Translations under genes and position numbers: made by a program | In this document: piece after piece, positions 37,456 to 50,710 of the stretch | Layout: each line of letters begins with the position of its first letter | Numbering within the stretch: the first letter of the stretch is position 1 | DNA from: Eledone cirrhosa | Lineage: Eukaryota | DNA length: 64,000 bases | Direction of reading: 5' to 3' | NCBI GenBank assembly: GCA_964016885.1 | Contig: OZ024742.1 | Coordinates: 277,388,001 to 277,452,000, forward strand | Notes under the pieces: generated by a model | Database searches by the model: none | What the model saw: only the letters and a program-made list of their open reading frames with translations | Told to the model about the DNA's origin: nothing

Positions 37456-38896
37456 CTCTAATCGCTTTACTCAATCCTCCTATTCTTCTAACAATTTGCA
37501 AGCGTCCTTATCACAATTTAAATAGTGATGATGTCATAATCGAAACATTGTTTCATTAATCAGTAAACTTGTGCAATATTTCAACTCTCTATGTAGACAA
37601 TAACTTTTCCCGTCCATGGGAAATACTTACAACCAATCAATCTTTTGAAATGTATTCTTCTCTGATATCTTCGTTATATGAAATCAAATATCAGCTTTTG
37701 CTTTGGATTACACTGAAAACTTATGGTAAGATATCTAGGCAGCAGAAGAGAAATATGAGGTGGACACTATCTTACCCTCCGACTCTTGGTCCCGACAGGA
37801 TGAAGAATATAATGCCCCGGGGGATGGTGACGGAGATGCGCTGGAAGGGCCACTCCACCTGGTGGGCTTGCAGCTTCGCGCAGCCGACTAAGTCCGATAG
37901 CCGTGAGTGGGGGCCGTGGTCCATGTGCCAAGAACGCCAGAGGTCTCCAGTGCTACTCGCTCTACCACAAACCTATGAGAAAGCGGTCGATACGCGGACA
38001 GTTTGCCATGTTCGTCGTGGCAAACAGCGAATTTGGGCAGTTAACCGAACGTATCATGTTGCCGCTAGAGAAGGTTCCGCATCATGTAGCATGAGAGATG
38101 TGTGGCCAAACGGCATTGAACGGGTAGACTATGATGCCGTCTGGCCGTTTGCCGCCCCCTAGGTCCAGTGGCACTGTCTCGAGCTAATGCTATGAGTTTC
38201 GTTGAGTGTGTGCCAACATGAATGGAGATTTTTGGAGAAAATGAATGAAACGATAGATTGTTGAGTTGACAGAGATGGGACGATAGTAAAATGGAACGAA
38301 TTAAATATGTTAGATTGCCAGATGAAAATGTAGTGCTAAAAATTGGCCGATGATTCTGGAAATATATGCTGGACATCTGAGAGTGAATGTATGCAAAAAT
38401 CCAAAAATGTGTTCCTTCATAGGTAAAAAGGAATTACACCTCCACGGCGGGAAAACTTAGGGTAAGATATGTCTTTGAAAAATATCTAGGCAGCAGAAGA
38501 GAAATACGAGAATGAAGAATATATTGCGCCGGAGGACGGTGAGTGAGACGCGTTGGAAGAGCCACTCTACTTGGTGGGAGGCTTGCAGCTTCGCGCAGCC
38601 AATTAAGCCGTGAGCGGTGACGTTGTCTGGGAGCCAAGAACGCCGGAGATCTCCACTGCTACAGGTTCTAAAATAAATATATCAGAAAAAGCCCGGTACT
38701 CGGACAGTTTGCTCTGTTCGGCGTGGCAAACAGCGGATCCTAGGCTGGTAGCCGAACGCCCCATGTTGCCGCTAGAGAAGGTTTCGAATACACCGAAAAC
38801 TTCCGTAGGTAACTTGAACACTTTATTATGTCAAATTACAGAAAATCAATGAATTTAATATTTAGTCGAACTTTCGGAAAAAGAATGTAGAACTAT

Positions 38897-38927
38897 AAAT
38901 AATAATAATAACAATAATAATAATAAT
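38897..38927. repeat. (AAT)n microsatellite at the 3' end of Tx1 element A
   Basis: Direct reading. Confidence 0.95.
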
Positions 38928-39170
38928 GCTTTCTTTATTAACCACAAGGGTTTACATAAAGTAGACATTAAGGACAGTACAGGACAATACAGGACAGTAC
39001 AAATGGGCATTTCTGCGTGTAAAAAAACAGAGGATGTAATAAAAATAACAATGAAAAATTCCCCAATAGGGGGAGACTTCCGAGGGACATTTGTGGAGAA
39101 AGCCCATTAAAAGGCCACAGTGACCCTGACCACCAGGGCAACTGCCCTCTCCCAGTTTTCCACCTTTAAT

Positions 39171-42100
39171 TTACAGACACATACTCAGAGTACTTGCTTC
39201 TCTCACCCATCTTTCAACAAAATGCTGGGAAGAGAGCACTTCCCTCTCTACCCTGATTTTCCTTTTCAAATGAAATTTGAAAAAGTTAATCAGGGCATCA
39301 CCGAAGAGGTAAGTGCTCGTCTTCAGCCCTTTCAAATGTGTCCACCATACTATCTCTTTCGCCATGGCCACCAGACAGATAAAAACTGCCTGCACTTCCC
39401 GGCTAAAGGAAGAGGGCGGGGAAATCCTCACGATGGACTCAGCTGATAGCTGGATCCGTCCTATACCTGACAGCAGGTGTTCGACATAAACCCACAAGTC
39501 AGCAATGCTCGGACACTGGAAGAGTGCGTTCAGGACGGTTTCGTCGCTCTGCGCGCATCTCGGACATTCCCGGCTGACGGCACCTCCATGCCTGTAGAGT
39601 TTATCCCGAATTGGCAAAGCTCCTCGGTAGTACTACCAGGCCAGGGATTTCTGGAAGTTGTACATAGGCCCTGGCCCGAAAGTCCTTCCGAAGAGATTGG
39701 CTAGTTGATTTTCGTCGACGCCTAGAGTTTCTCCAAGTACGTCGTCGCTCTTCCTCTCTACTAATCCTCTATAGAACGCCAAGGTGGAGTTTCCACCGAT
39801 CACATTGCCCGATTGGTCGAGGGCTGTGAGCGCCTGAAGACATTCGAGTCTCCAAGCGCTCCCTCTCGGTCTTCGCTTGACCCAGGACTGCAGCTCCGTC
39901 AAGGAGACAAGCTGGGGAAAAACGTGTCTAGCAAACGGCGACCACACCTGATCACCATCGAGGAAGAGGTGGAGATGTCGTAGCCTGAGCGCGTGTCTGC
40001 GCATCATCAGCCACGGCATGCCCAGCCCTCCACGTAGCGGGTGTTGACAACAGATGGACCACCTGACCATCGGAGCGCGTCCCTTCCACAAAAAGCGAAA
40101 GAACAAACGCTTCAGCGCAGTCAGGCGGGGCTTAGGACAAGGTACGACGGTCAGGCAGTAGTAGATGACGGACGCGATGTACGCGTTAGCCACCTCCGCT
40201 CGACCTTTCAGGGATAGCTTCCTTTCCGCCCATTTCTGGGTGAGAGAAGCCACCCTGCACGTCACCTCGTCCCAGTTTTTGTCCGTCAGGAGGTCCGGAC
40301 CGAACCAGACCCCTAGCAATTTAACCGGTCCGTCCGTCCAGCGCCCGACGACGCTGTTGGACGGCATGCACCTGCCTCTCCAGGTGCCGAGCTGCAGGCC
40401 CACTGACTTTTCCTGGTTGGTCATGCTCCTGTCACCGCTTCGTATTCTCTTAGTGTAGTGCCGATCGCCTCGATGTGTTTGGCGTTCGACACCACTACGG
40501 TGATATCGTCCGCATATGCTGACACGGATCTTCCGCATCCTAGTTCGCGCGGGACCTCCCTCAGCGTCTCCAGTTTGTGCAGTAATGGCTCGAGAGTCAA
40601 TACGTACAAGAGGGACGAGAGGGGACATCCTTGGCGGACCGAGCGCATGATGTTGAGCGGTTCCGAAAGGTGACCGTTCACTCTCACTACAGAGCAGATG
40701 TCGCTGTGCATGGCAGCAATCCAGCCTCTGAAGACGGGCCCAAAGCCAGCCGCCCTCAGGACTGCCGCTAGATAACGATGGTCGACCCTATTGAAAGCTT
40801 TCGACTGATCTAAATTGATCAAGGACCCACCCATGCCAGGTTCCCTAGCTACCCTCTCTACGATGTATCGCATGAGGTGGAGGTTGTCGTGGATGGATCT
40901 GTTGGGAATGGTTCACGTCTGCGCCTCTATCACCAGACCACCAACCTCTTTGCTAGCACCTTGGCCAAAATCTTGAACTCTGTGTTTAGCAGAGTTATGG
41001 GCCTGAAATTATCTATGTTATCCCCCTTGTTCGGATCCTTTCTCAGCAGCGCCACAGCTCCTCGGCTCACAGAGCTGGGAATTCTCCCGTTCTGTTGCCA
41101 GTTGCAGCAGACGTCCGCCAAGAGGCCTCTGAACAAGTCTGGCATCTGTACGTAAAGTTCATAGGGCAAACCATCCAAACCAGGCGATTTACCCCTTGTG
41201 CTCCAGTCATTGCCTCCCGTACTTCAGCGGCTGTTATCGGCTTTTCGCAACACTCCGCCTCAGTGACCGAGAGCCGCGGCAGTCCGTCGAGGTAGACACT
41301 AAAGTCCATCCCTCGATCCGGCCCGCCGCTGCCCCCGAACAGCTGTGCGAAGTGTCGCTGAAAAGCTTCACACATTTGCCCGGGATCGAGTAACATGCGC
41401 CCGTCGTGGTCCACTAAAGACCGGATCGTGGCTTTGTTGTCACGACGCGCCACCGCCACTCGGGCCCACTGAACGGCTTTCGTCCCCTCGGGTCTGAGAG
41501 TACGCACCCCAGCTCTGATAACGCAGCCTTCGTGCTTTGCATTGAAGAATTGGTCACGGGCCAATTTCGCCGCAAGTACGTCGGTCGCGATGCCTTTGCT
41601 AAGCGCCTCGTCTAATTTTCTAACTAATTCTCCCTCTGCTCTATTTTTCTCTATTGCTAAAGCCTTACTAAACCTAATGGACTCTATTCTAATTGCTCTT
41701 TTCAGAGAAAACCACCACTTGTTGTTGACGATGGCCCCCGTCAACGCCCGCTTAACTAGTTCGCTAATCAGGTCTCTGTAGGCCTTGCGCGCTGGTAAGG
41801 ACGCGTTTAGCTTCCAGTAGCCGGGTCCTCGTCTATGAAGCCTATCTAAGTCAAGCACACAGATCACGAATTTGTGGTCCGTGTAGCTGACTATCTTGAA
41901 TTGTTGACAGCCTATGCTAGACTTATCTATTTCCCTACAGAATACTCTATCTAGATATGATCTGGATGACCCTATGCGATTTGTCCAAGTCCACATTGGC
42001 ACATTCGGGAAATCCAATCGGTACCTGTTAGACAGTTCAAAACGCCTGAGCAGGTTGGTGAGGCTTTTGCACCCTCCTCCCCTATCCGCTGATCCCACAC

Positions 42101-42554
42101 AGTCCCAGCGTGCATCTAAGATCCAGTTCCAGTCGCCCACTAACACTAAAGAGCGGGATGTTCCAAGAAAGGTCTCCAGACGCCGGAAGAAATCAGGCCG
42201 CCCTGCTCCTGTCGGGGCATAGACGGCCACTAGCCTGAAAGCTTGCTCGTCTCCGCTGGTCACGTCTAGAACCACCAACTTACCTTCTGGGTCCAGGAAG
42301 ATGGCCCGTATGGCGAGATCCAAACTTCTCCGAAAAAGCACAGCAACTCCTCCCCTCGATCTCGGACGGCTGGGAGATGCGTACATATCGTAGCCGCCGA
42401 AGATCGGTGCGAAGGCTCGTGCTTCGGAGATTCTGGTCTCGCTGATGGCCACTACATCTATGTTTAGTGACCTGAGGTAGTTGAGCAGGTGGCCTTGCTT
42501 CCATGACGACCCCAAGCCACGCGCATTTATGCTGCCTATTCTGAGTGAGGTCAT
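39171..42554 (-). pseudogene. Element A ORF2: AP endonuclease + reverse transcriptase + C-terminal zinc finger, broken into several frames
   Basis: SINARGL, SETR, VYAP, GDWN, YLDRV, YTDH (APE); DGLPYE, NFRPITLLNTEFKILAK, LDQSKAFNRVDH, RQGCPLS, AYADD (RT); CPRCAQSDETVLNALFQCP. Confidence 0.93.
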
Positions 42555-42588
42555 GTTGAAATGGAGTGGAAAAGATGGGAAAGACCAC

Positions 42589-44422
42589 TTACCTTACTTC
42601 TCGTTGAGGAAGGATGGTTTCTCCATGCTTTTCACTGCTTGTGGCCTCCTTCGGAAGGATGTCCTTATAAATCCTCCTGGAGAGTGTTTGTCGGAAGTCT
42701 CCGATGTCTTTGGGGAATTTTTGTTTTAGTGTCGTGTACGTTTTCTGTCTGATGCGAGTGATTTGTATGTGTGGAGGTGGTGTGAACTTTTGGGTTGCTG
42801 TGTAGTCTTTTTCTGTGATGCTGGTGTTGTGTTGGATGTATAGTAATAATTCGTTGTTGTTCAAATTTAATGCTGTGTAGTGTGTATCGTTTTGGTTGTT
42901 TTGTTTTGTTTGCGTTTGTTGTGGGTTTGTTTCTGTTTCGCTTTTTGGTGACTTTTGTGGGGTTGGTGATGGTGGTGTTGGGGTTAATGATGGTGATGGT
43001 GTTGGTGTTTGTGGTGATGGGGTTGGTGATGCTGGTGTGGATGGTGGCATATCTGTCCTAACTTTTTTGTTTGATAGTTTATTTGTTTCCCTCTGTATTT
43101 TGTTTTTGGAGGGGGAAGGAAGAGAATTTTTTTCTTTTTTGGTTTCTTTTTCTTTTTTTCTTTTTTCCTGATATCGTTTCCCACTCCTCGTCGTCACAAT
43201 CTGTCTCCAGTTGCGATAGGTCTGGGAGTGGAAAATCCTCCACAGGCGTTGGTTTTGGATGTGGCGTGGTGGATGGTGTAGGCGCTGGTGCTAACTCTGG
43301 CGCGTTGGGTGGTGGTGGTGTTGGTTTTGCTACTGTTGCTGGGGTTGTTGCTGTTACAGTTGCTTCTGTTGTTGCTGCTACAGTTGTTGCTGTTATTTCT
43401 GCTGCTGGTGGTGTTGATGGTTGAGTCACTAGGTGGGTAAGAGAGGTGGCCTCAACCTTTTAGCCTGAGGGCAGAAAGCCCTTAGCTGGGTTCCTTCACC
43501 ACAAACGACACACCTAGGCCTTCTGCCCTCGACGATTACGGTGAGGTGGCTGCCGTCAGTGAGGTCTATTACCTCTGGGATCTCCTCAATGCTTTTTTGG
43601 TCCGCTTGGATCAGGAGCTCCATCCCAGATCCGGACCAGTTCTCCTGCTTTTCTTTCGCTATTTCGATTATCTTTGAGTTGACCTCGATGCCGGCGAGGA
43701 CGGCAGCCATTAGCCAGGGAATTTCGATGGCCGGTGGAACGTGGGTCACCCTGATCTTCACGAGTCTCTGGCCACAATAGCTTGGGACGAGTGTGAAGTC
43801 GTCACTTCTTAATGGGGCCATGGAGTGTTCTCTAGCCTCCTGTGGTGTTTCAAAGAACACGTCCACGGTTCCATATTTCTGCCCACGTCTGATGTGGGTT
43901 TTTTTTTGCCCACACATGTCCCAAAGCTTTTTGGATTTGGGACTCGGATGCCCGTTCCACTCGGCGCGATTTTATGTTAATCGTCCGATAAGACACGGTG
44001 CATAGGCGCCGATGCTCCATTTTATTAGGTGTGTGTGTGTGGGGGGGGGGGGGGTTGAGGCTGACCCTGTACCCATCTTTCTTTACCATTCTTTTGGCTT
44101 CTTCTAATTCCTCCTGAGTTACCTGGAATGCTTCGCACTTTTTTGCTACTCTGGCAAAAGACAGGGTGGTTTTCTTAATTGCATTGTTGCTGTTGTTGTT
44201 ATCGTTATTTTTGTTATTGTTAATTTTAGTTTCAGTTGTGGTGGTGGTGGCGTCAGTGGTGTTCGGTGTGGAAGAGTTCATTTTGGGTGAATTCATTTCG
44301 ATATCACGAGATAATTTATTTTTTTCTTTTGTTTCTGTTGTCGCTGTGGTGGTGGTTGGGGTGGCGGCTTCAACACCTGCAGTCATTGGTAATGGCGGGA
44401 AATGAATGTCTGCCTGAGACAA
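42589..44422 (-). pseudogene. Element A ORF1 (gag-like; T/N-rich N-terminus, degenerate zinc knuckle, P/T- and K-rich C-terminus), frameshifted
   Basis: ORFs 43850-44422, 43429-43917 (EGRRPRCVVCGEGTQLRAFCP), 43079-43429, 42589-43197; homologous to element B ORF1. Confidence 0.8.
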
Positions 44423-44754
44423 ATTTAAAATATTGCTACTGCTTATATTTTTAGTGTTGGCAAACGTAGTAATATTTACAATGGCGGTGTCGGTGTGAGG
44501 TGTTAGTTTGTGAGGAAGGTGTGACTCTGAGTCGTCTATGATTTTTTCAAAGAAAAATCTTTTGTTTGATAATTATAAAAGTTTAAATTTTGGGCTCAAG
44601 GCCCCACTCTTTTTGAGTGTCCTTTTCAGATAACAATGTATGTGCACTTATATACAGTCAACAATAAAATTTTCCATAAATGGCAATTTTAAACAACTAA
44701 AAATAACAAACCTTTGCGGAGCTCACGATAATACGATTTACTACGTAGGTCGCC

Positions 44755-44806
<52 letters not shown>

Positions 44807-44811
44807 GTAAT
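44755..44811. repeat. (AAT)n microsatellite
   Basis: Direct reading. Confidence 0.97.
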
Positions 44812-45031
44812 ATTGTCATAGGCGCACTAGGGACTATCTCAAAAAGTTTCCAGGGATGGTTAAAGAAAATTGGCCCCTTCACGCTTTTTGGAACGCTTCA
44901 AAAGGCATGCTTGCTGGGAACAGCAAGAACCCTCCGATACGTCCTGAATATCTGAGGCTGCAGGTAGTGGCTTGATATTCATTTCAACAAACTTTCCAGT
45001 TAACTAACATCAATGACTGAGACTCAAAGAG
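44812..45031 (+). mobile_element. 5'-truncated R4/Dong-clade RLE retrotransposon (last 47 codons + 3' UTR)
   Basis: IVIGALGTISKSFQGWLKKIGPFTLFGTLQKACLLGTARTLRYVLNI* (stop 44953-44955) matches the R4/Dong C-terminal pattern PIVIGALG...LQKA.LLGTARILR.VL; flanked by (TAA)n on both sides. Confidence 0.85.
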
Positions 45032-45038
45032 TAATAAC

Positions 45039-45095
<57 letters not shown>
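45032..45095. repeat. (AAT)n microsatellite
   Basis: Direct reading. Confidence 0.97.
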
Positions 45096-45443
45096 TTCAT
45101 TTATTGGCCACAAGGGCCGATATATAGGGGACAATACAAAAGACTGGGGCAGTGGGGTTTTACAGAAACATCGAGTAAACAATATGAATAACAATAACAA
45201 AGTAACAATAAAGTAACAATAAAATTACAAGAAAAAATTCCCAAATAGGGGGGATGACCACCTAGGAGTCGCTCAGGTACCCCAACAGTCCTGAACGACC
45301 CGACGCTTCGAGAGCACCCTGGAAGGGCACCCCTCTCCTCCTCAAATTTACCTACCTACAGCCGCATGACCAGGGTAGCCCCACTCACGGGCCATTCTCC
45401 CCACATTCACCCACCTTTCAGCAAATGTACTGGGGAGCAGCAC

Positions 45444-48400
45444 TTATCTCTCCACCCTCACCTTCCTTTCCAAGTGAAACTTGAAAAAGTTGATGAGGGA
45501 TTGGTCGAAGAGAAAAGTGTCTGTCTTCAGTCCTTTCAACCTCGTCCAACATACAACCTCTTTCGCTACTGCCACCAGACAGAGGAAAATTGCCTGCCCT
45601 TCCTGGCCAAAAGAAGGCGGCGGGTCGATCTTCACTATGGACTCGGCCGATAGTCGGTTCCGTTCTACAAGCGACAACAGCTGTTCAACATAACTCCACA
45701 AGTCAGTAATGCACGGACACTGGATGAGTGCGTGCAGAACGGCTTCGTCGCTCTGCGCGCATCTCGGGCAGGTCCGTCTGACAGCACTTCCGTGCCTGTA
45801 GAGTTTATCTCGAACCGGCAGTGCCCCCCGGTAGCACTGCCAAGCGAGGGATTTTTGGAAATTATCCATCGTCCCCGGCTCGAAAGTCCTCCGGTACAGA
45901 CTGGTTAGTTCGACTTCGTTGACTCCCAGAGCCTCTCCGAGTGCGTTGTCGCACTTGCCCACCACTAATCCTCTATAGAACTCGAGAGTGAAAGTTCCAC
46001 TGACCGCATTGCCCGCCTGGTAGAGGGCAGTGAGTGCCTGGCAACATTCCAGATGCCAGTCACCCAGTCTCGGTCTCTTCTTGACCCAGGACTGCAGCTC
46101 AGTCAAAGAAACGAGCTGCGGAAAGGCCCGTCTGACAAACGGCGACCACACTTGTTCACCGTTTAAGCAGAATATCTGGAGATGCCGCAGCCTCAGCGCA
46201 TGCCTGCGCATCATTAGCCACGGCATGCCCAGCCCTCCACGTAGAGGGTGCTGGCAGCAGATGGACCGCCTCACCAGCGGAACCTGACCCCTCCACAAGA
46301 ATTTGAAGAGGAGCCGCTACAAGATGGCGAGGCGCGAACGGGGTCAAGGGACGACGGTCAGACGGTAGTAGATGACGAACGCGATGTACGCGTTCGCCAC
46401 CTCCGCCCGACTTTTCAGTGATAGGTTCATCCCAGCCTATTTCTGGGTGAGACTGGCTACCCTGCCCGTCACCTCATCCCAATTCTTATCCACCATGAGG
46501 TTTGGCGCGAACCAAACCTCTAGCAACCTTACCGGTCCGTCCGTCCAACGCCTAAAGACGCTGTTGGACGGCATGGACTTGCTTCTCCAGGTGCCGAGTT
46601 GCAAGCCCACCGACTTTTCCGGGTTAAGTTTTGCTCCCGTCAACCTTTCATATTCCTCCAATAAGTTGCCGACCACCTCGATTTCTGAGGTGTCCGACAC
46701 CATCACGGTGATGTCGTCCGCATAAACCGACACAGCCTTTCCGCGTCCCGGTTCGAGCGGGATGCCCTTCCGCAGAGTCAATACGTACAGAAGGGAGGAG
46801 AGAGGGCACCCTTGACGGACCGATCGGGAGACCTGAAACGGTTCCGAGAGGTGGCCATTAATTTTGACCATCGAACAGGTGCCGCTGTGCATTGCAGCGA
46901 TCCAGCTTCTGAAGACGGGGCCGAAGCCAGCCACCTTGAGGACAGCCTCCAGGTACCGATGGTCGACCCTATCGAATGCTTTCGATTGATCTAAATTGAT
47001 CAGAGCCCCACCGAAGCCAGGTTTACACACTACCCTCTCTATGATGTATCGCATTAGGTGGAGGTTGTCGTGTATGGACCTGGTTGGGATTGCGCAAGTT
47101 TGCGCTTCCCCAACCAGATCCCCGACGACAAGCGCCAACCTCTTCGCTAACACCCTGGTCAAAATCTTAAGCTCAGTGTTGAGCAGAGTTATGGGCCTGA
47201 AATTGTCTAATGTGTCCCTCTTGTTCTCGTCTTTCCTTATCAGCGTCACTACGCCCCGGCTTACAGAACTGGGAATACTCCCGTTTTGCTGCCCGTTGCA
47301 GTAGAGGGCTTCGGGGAGATTGGAGAACAAGTCTGGCATATTTACGTAATGCTCGTAGGGCAGACCATCCAAACCGGGTGACTTGCGCCTCATGCAGCCG
47401 ACAAGGGCATCCTGAATCTCGGCTGAAGTAATTGGCCTTTCGCAGTGCCCAGCGTCAGCCGTCGAGTGTTGCGGCAAGCCATCGAGGTAGGGACTGAAGA
47501 CCGCCACCATCTCTGACCCGCCACTTCCCCCGAACAACCGAGCAAAATGTTGGCGAAAGGCCTTACACATCCTCTTGGAATCGCTCAGCTAGTTTCCCGT
47601 CTCGGTCCGTCAAAGACCGAATCGTGGTTTTATTACCACGCTGCGCCTCTGCCACGCGGGCCCATTGAACAGCTTTGGTTCCATCGTTTCTCAGAGCACG
47701 CGCCTTAGCTCTGACAATGCAACCTTCGTGTTTCGCATTGAAGAAATGGTCTAATGCCATTCTCGCCGCTAGCACGTCAGTTGCAATGCCACTACCAATA
47801 GCCTCGTCTAACTTATCTACCAACTCCTCCTCCTTTCTATTTTTCTCTAACGCTACTTCTTTGCTAAACTCTATCAACATTACTCTAATCTCTCTTTTGA
47901 GAGTCCCCCACCATCTATTGTTGACGACACCCCCTGTCAACTTTTTCTTAACTAAATTGTTGACCTGGTCCCTGTAAGCCTTACGTGCCGGAAATGACAT
48001 GTTTAGCTTCCAGTAACCAGGTCCTAACCTACGCGTCTTATCTAGGTCGACCATACAGATCAGAAACTTGTGATCTGAATAGGCGACCGTTTCAAAACGT
48101 CGACAGCTTACACTGTTTCTGTCTATTTTCCTCATGAATATCCTGTCTATATACGATCTAGACGACTCTATGCGATTAGCCCATGTCCACACTGGCGCAT
48201 TAGGGAAATCTAATCGGTACCTGTCAGACAGTTGGAACTGGCTGATCAGGTTCTTGAGGCTTTTGCACCCCCCGCTCCTATCGGATACTCCCACAGTCCC
48301 ATCGTGCGTCTAAGATGCCGTTCCAGTCCCCCGCTAACAGTAAAGGGCGAGACGTACCCAGAAAGGCTTCCAGGCGTTTAAAGAAGTCCGGCCATCCTGT

Positions 48401-48748
48401 CCCAGTAGGAACATAGACGGCCACCAGTCTAAAGGCACCACCTTCGTTATTGTTCACGTCCAGGACCACCAACTTCCCGTCCGGATCCCGGAAGATCGAC
48501 CTTACCTCGAGATCCAGGCCTTTCCTAAACAGCACTGCCACCCCACCTCCCATTCCCGGCCGGCTAACAGATGCAATGATCTGATAGTCGTCGAAAATGG
48601 GGGCTAGTGCGCGCGTGTCGGAAATCCTGGTCTCGCTGACGGCAATTACATCCATTTCTATAGACCTGAGGTCGTTGAGCAGGTGACCCTGCTTCCAGGA
48701 CGATCCCAGGAATCGAACATTTAAACATCCTACTCTTAATACGGTCAT
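45444..48748 (-). pseudogene. Element B ORF2 (APE-RT-zinc finger), frameshifted
   Basis: CLNVRFL, SETR, GDWN, YSDH; KSPGLDGLPYE, NFRPITLLN, LDQSKAFDRVDH, RQGCPLS, VYADD; CPRCAQSDEAVLHALIQCP. Confidence 0.93.
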
Positions 48749-48757
48749 GTTGGCAGG

Positions 48758-50710
48758 TCAAAAAGAGAGAGAGGAAGGTTTACTTACCTTCCGGGCTCTT
48801 GTGAAGGTCGGGTTGTTCGACCTCCATAGTTGGTGGGGTTTCTTTTGCGAACCCCTTGAAGTGGGTTTTACGTTCGGGGTTCCCACGTCCCGAGGAAAGC
48901 TGTCTCGTATTTCTTTGAATATATCGAGCGACATTCGCGCCAGAACCAAATCTTCCGGCACGTGAAATGTGCTCGATTTAAAAATGTCCCCCTCTTTTTG
49001 TATATTTTCACTTCGAGCTACGAGGGCCATCAGTTCCTTGTTGGCCCTCCTGGCGAGCACGAGTTTTGTATGTTTTGTTGGTGTGATTTTATTTGTTTGC
49101 GTGGCTGTGGTGGTGATGGTTTTGGTGGTGTTGTTTCGGTTGTATCTGTGTTTGTTGTGAGTGCGGTGTCTATGGTTTCAGATGTTTGTGTGTATATTTG
49201 TTCTTGCGTCTGTTTAGGTTGTTTGCGTTTGGGGGATTCTGGTGATGGTGATGGTGGTGTTGATGTTGATGTTATTGGAGAGATGTTTGCGTGGGTGGTG
49301 TCTGCGTGTTTTATTGTGGGTGATTTTGTGCTTTGTTGAGTTTTTTTTTCTTTTTGTGTTTCCTTTTTTGTATTTTGGGGGATTTTGGTTTTCCCTCATC
49401 TTCACTACTGGTAGATGAGGGGTCTGTGTCTGTAAGTGTGTCTGTATGTATGTTTATGGTTTTATTGGTGTGTATTTTTTTGGGGGGGGGGGGGGATTTG
49501 ACAGCTTTCCTCGTTTCCCCCCTGGGTGGTCAATGTTGGTGGTGGTCTTTCTATTGGTGTTGTTGTTGGTGGTTTTGCCGGTGCTGGTGTTGGTTGTGGT
49601 CCTTGCCCCGGCGTCGGCAGCAGTGGAACCTTTCGACCCCTTGACTCTTTCAGCAGTTGAGGGCAGAAAGCTCGCAAATGGGTTTTTACCCCACAAACAA
49701 AACACTGTGGCCTTTTGCCTTCGGTCATAATGTGAATGAATGTCCCATTATGAAGGCGGGTGTGGTCCGGGATTGTCTTCATATTCTCGGGCCTGATCTG
49801 GAGAAGGATCTCCAGGTCAACCCCGGACCAGTCCTCTCTGGTCACTTCTATAGGGACGGTATCCGTCCCCTCCACAATCACACATCCCAGAAGCCACCAC
49901 ATGTCAAGTCCTGGTGGGATTCTGGGAATGCGGAGACGGGCCGTTCTTTTTCTCATGTGGGAGGGGTACATTATGACCTTACTGGTTTTGCAAGGAGTCA
50001 TAGCGTGTTTCATAGCGAGGGCTTCTGACTTGAACAACACCGAAATGGTGCCGTACTGTCTGCCCCTCTCTATGTATTCGGTGTCTTCTCTGATGCACCT
50101 CAGCGCGACTTCGACATCTTCTTGTGGGATTAAAGCTGCCCTTTTGGTTTGTGCTGAGATGCATCTATAATGCACCGTTCTGCGCTCCACTGCCTCAATA
50201 GCTTCTACCGGGACAGTTAAGTTGGCCCAGGTTTGCTCTTGCCTGATGAGCTTCCATGCCTGGGCCAACTTTTCATCTTTGTTTGAGAGGTCCATGTTGA
50301 AGCATGGCCTCTTTTTTGCTGCTGCCGCAGCGAAAGTGTTCTTCTTGTTTTCGTTGGGGGTGTTGTGGTCGTTGTCGTTGTTCTTGTTGCTGTTGGTGTT
50401 AACACTGTCGCTGTTATCATTGTTGCCACCGTTGTTCTCGGTGCAGTTGGTATTGTTGCTGTTGGTGTTGTCGCTATTTGTTTTCATGTTAGTGGTGTTG
50501 ATATTGTTGTTGTATTTGTTATTTTTTTTTTGTTATCTGTATTTTCGTTGTCGCTGTTACTGTCATTTTTTTTCAAAATTAGAGTTCTCATTGGTATCAT
50601 TGGTGTCTTTGTTTACATTGTTTGTGATGGTGTTTGTGATATCAATTTGCGTTAATTTCGCTGTAGCGCTCCTCTCAACTTCCACGTCGTTGTCGCACGA
50701 CAGCAGACAT
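48758..50710 (-). pseudogene. Element B ORF1 (gag-like, CCHC zinc knuckle), frameshifted
   Basis: ORF 49462-50487 contains EGKRPQCFVCGVKTHLRAFCP (CX2CX4HX4C); N/T-rich N-terminus; downstream fragments extend to 48758. Confidence 0.8.

Larger units (their letters stand above)
36451..38785 (-). repeat. Inverted, more diverged array units (one near-complete unit plus two partial ones) including CRE-like RLE fragments
   Basis: Reverse-complement match to the unit; - strand reads DGKRPDGIKIFPFRGGRP (~36840-36900), GGKRPDGIIVYPF (~38115-38160) and FILEPVAVEISGVLG (~38630-38680). Confidence 0.9.
38928..44754 (-). mobile_element. Near-full-length Tx1/L1-clade non-LTR retrotransposon (element A, ~5.8 kb), frameshifted
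   Basis: ORF1 and ORF2 (APE-RT-zinc finger) on - strand; 3' AATAAA followed by (ATT)n; 5' end GGCGACC abuts (ATT)n. Confidence 0.93.

Noticed and set aside
44697-45216. Poly-Leu and poly-Ile ORFs
   Set aside because: Translations of (AAT)n microsatellites.
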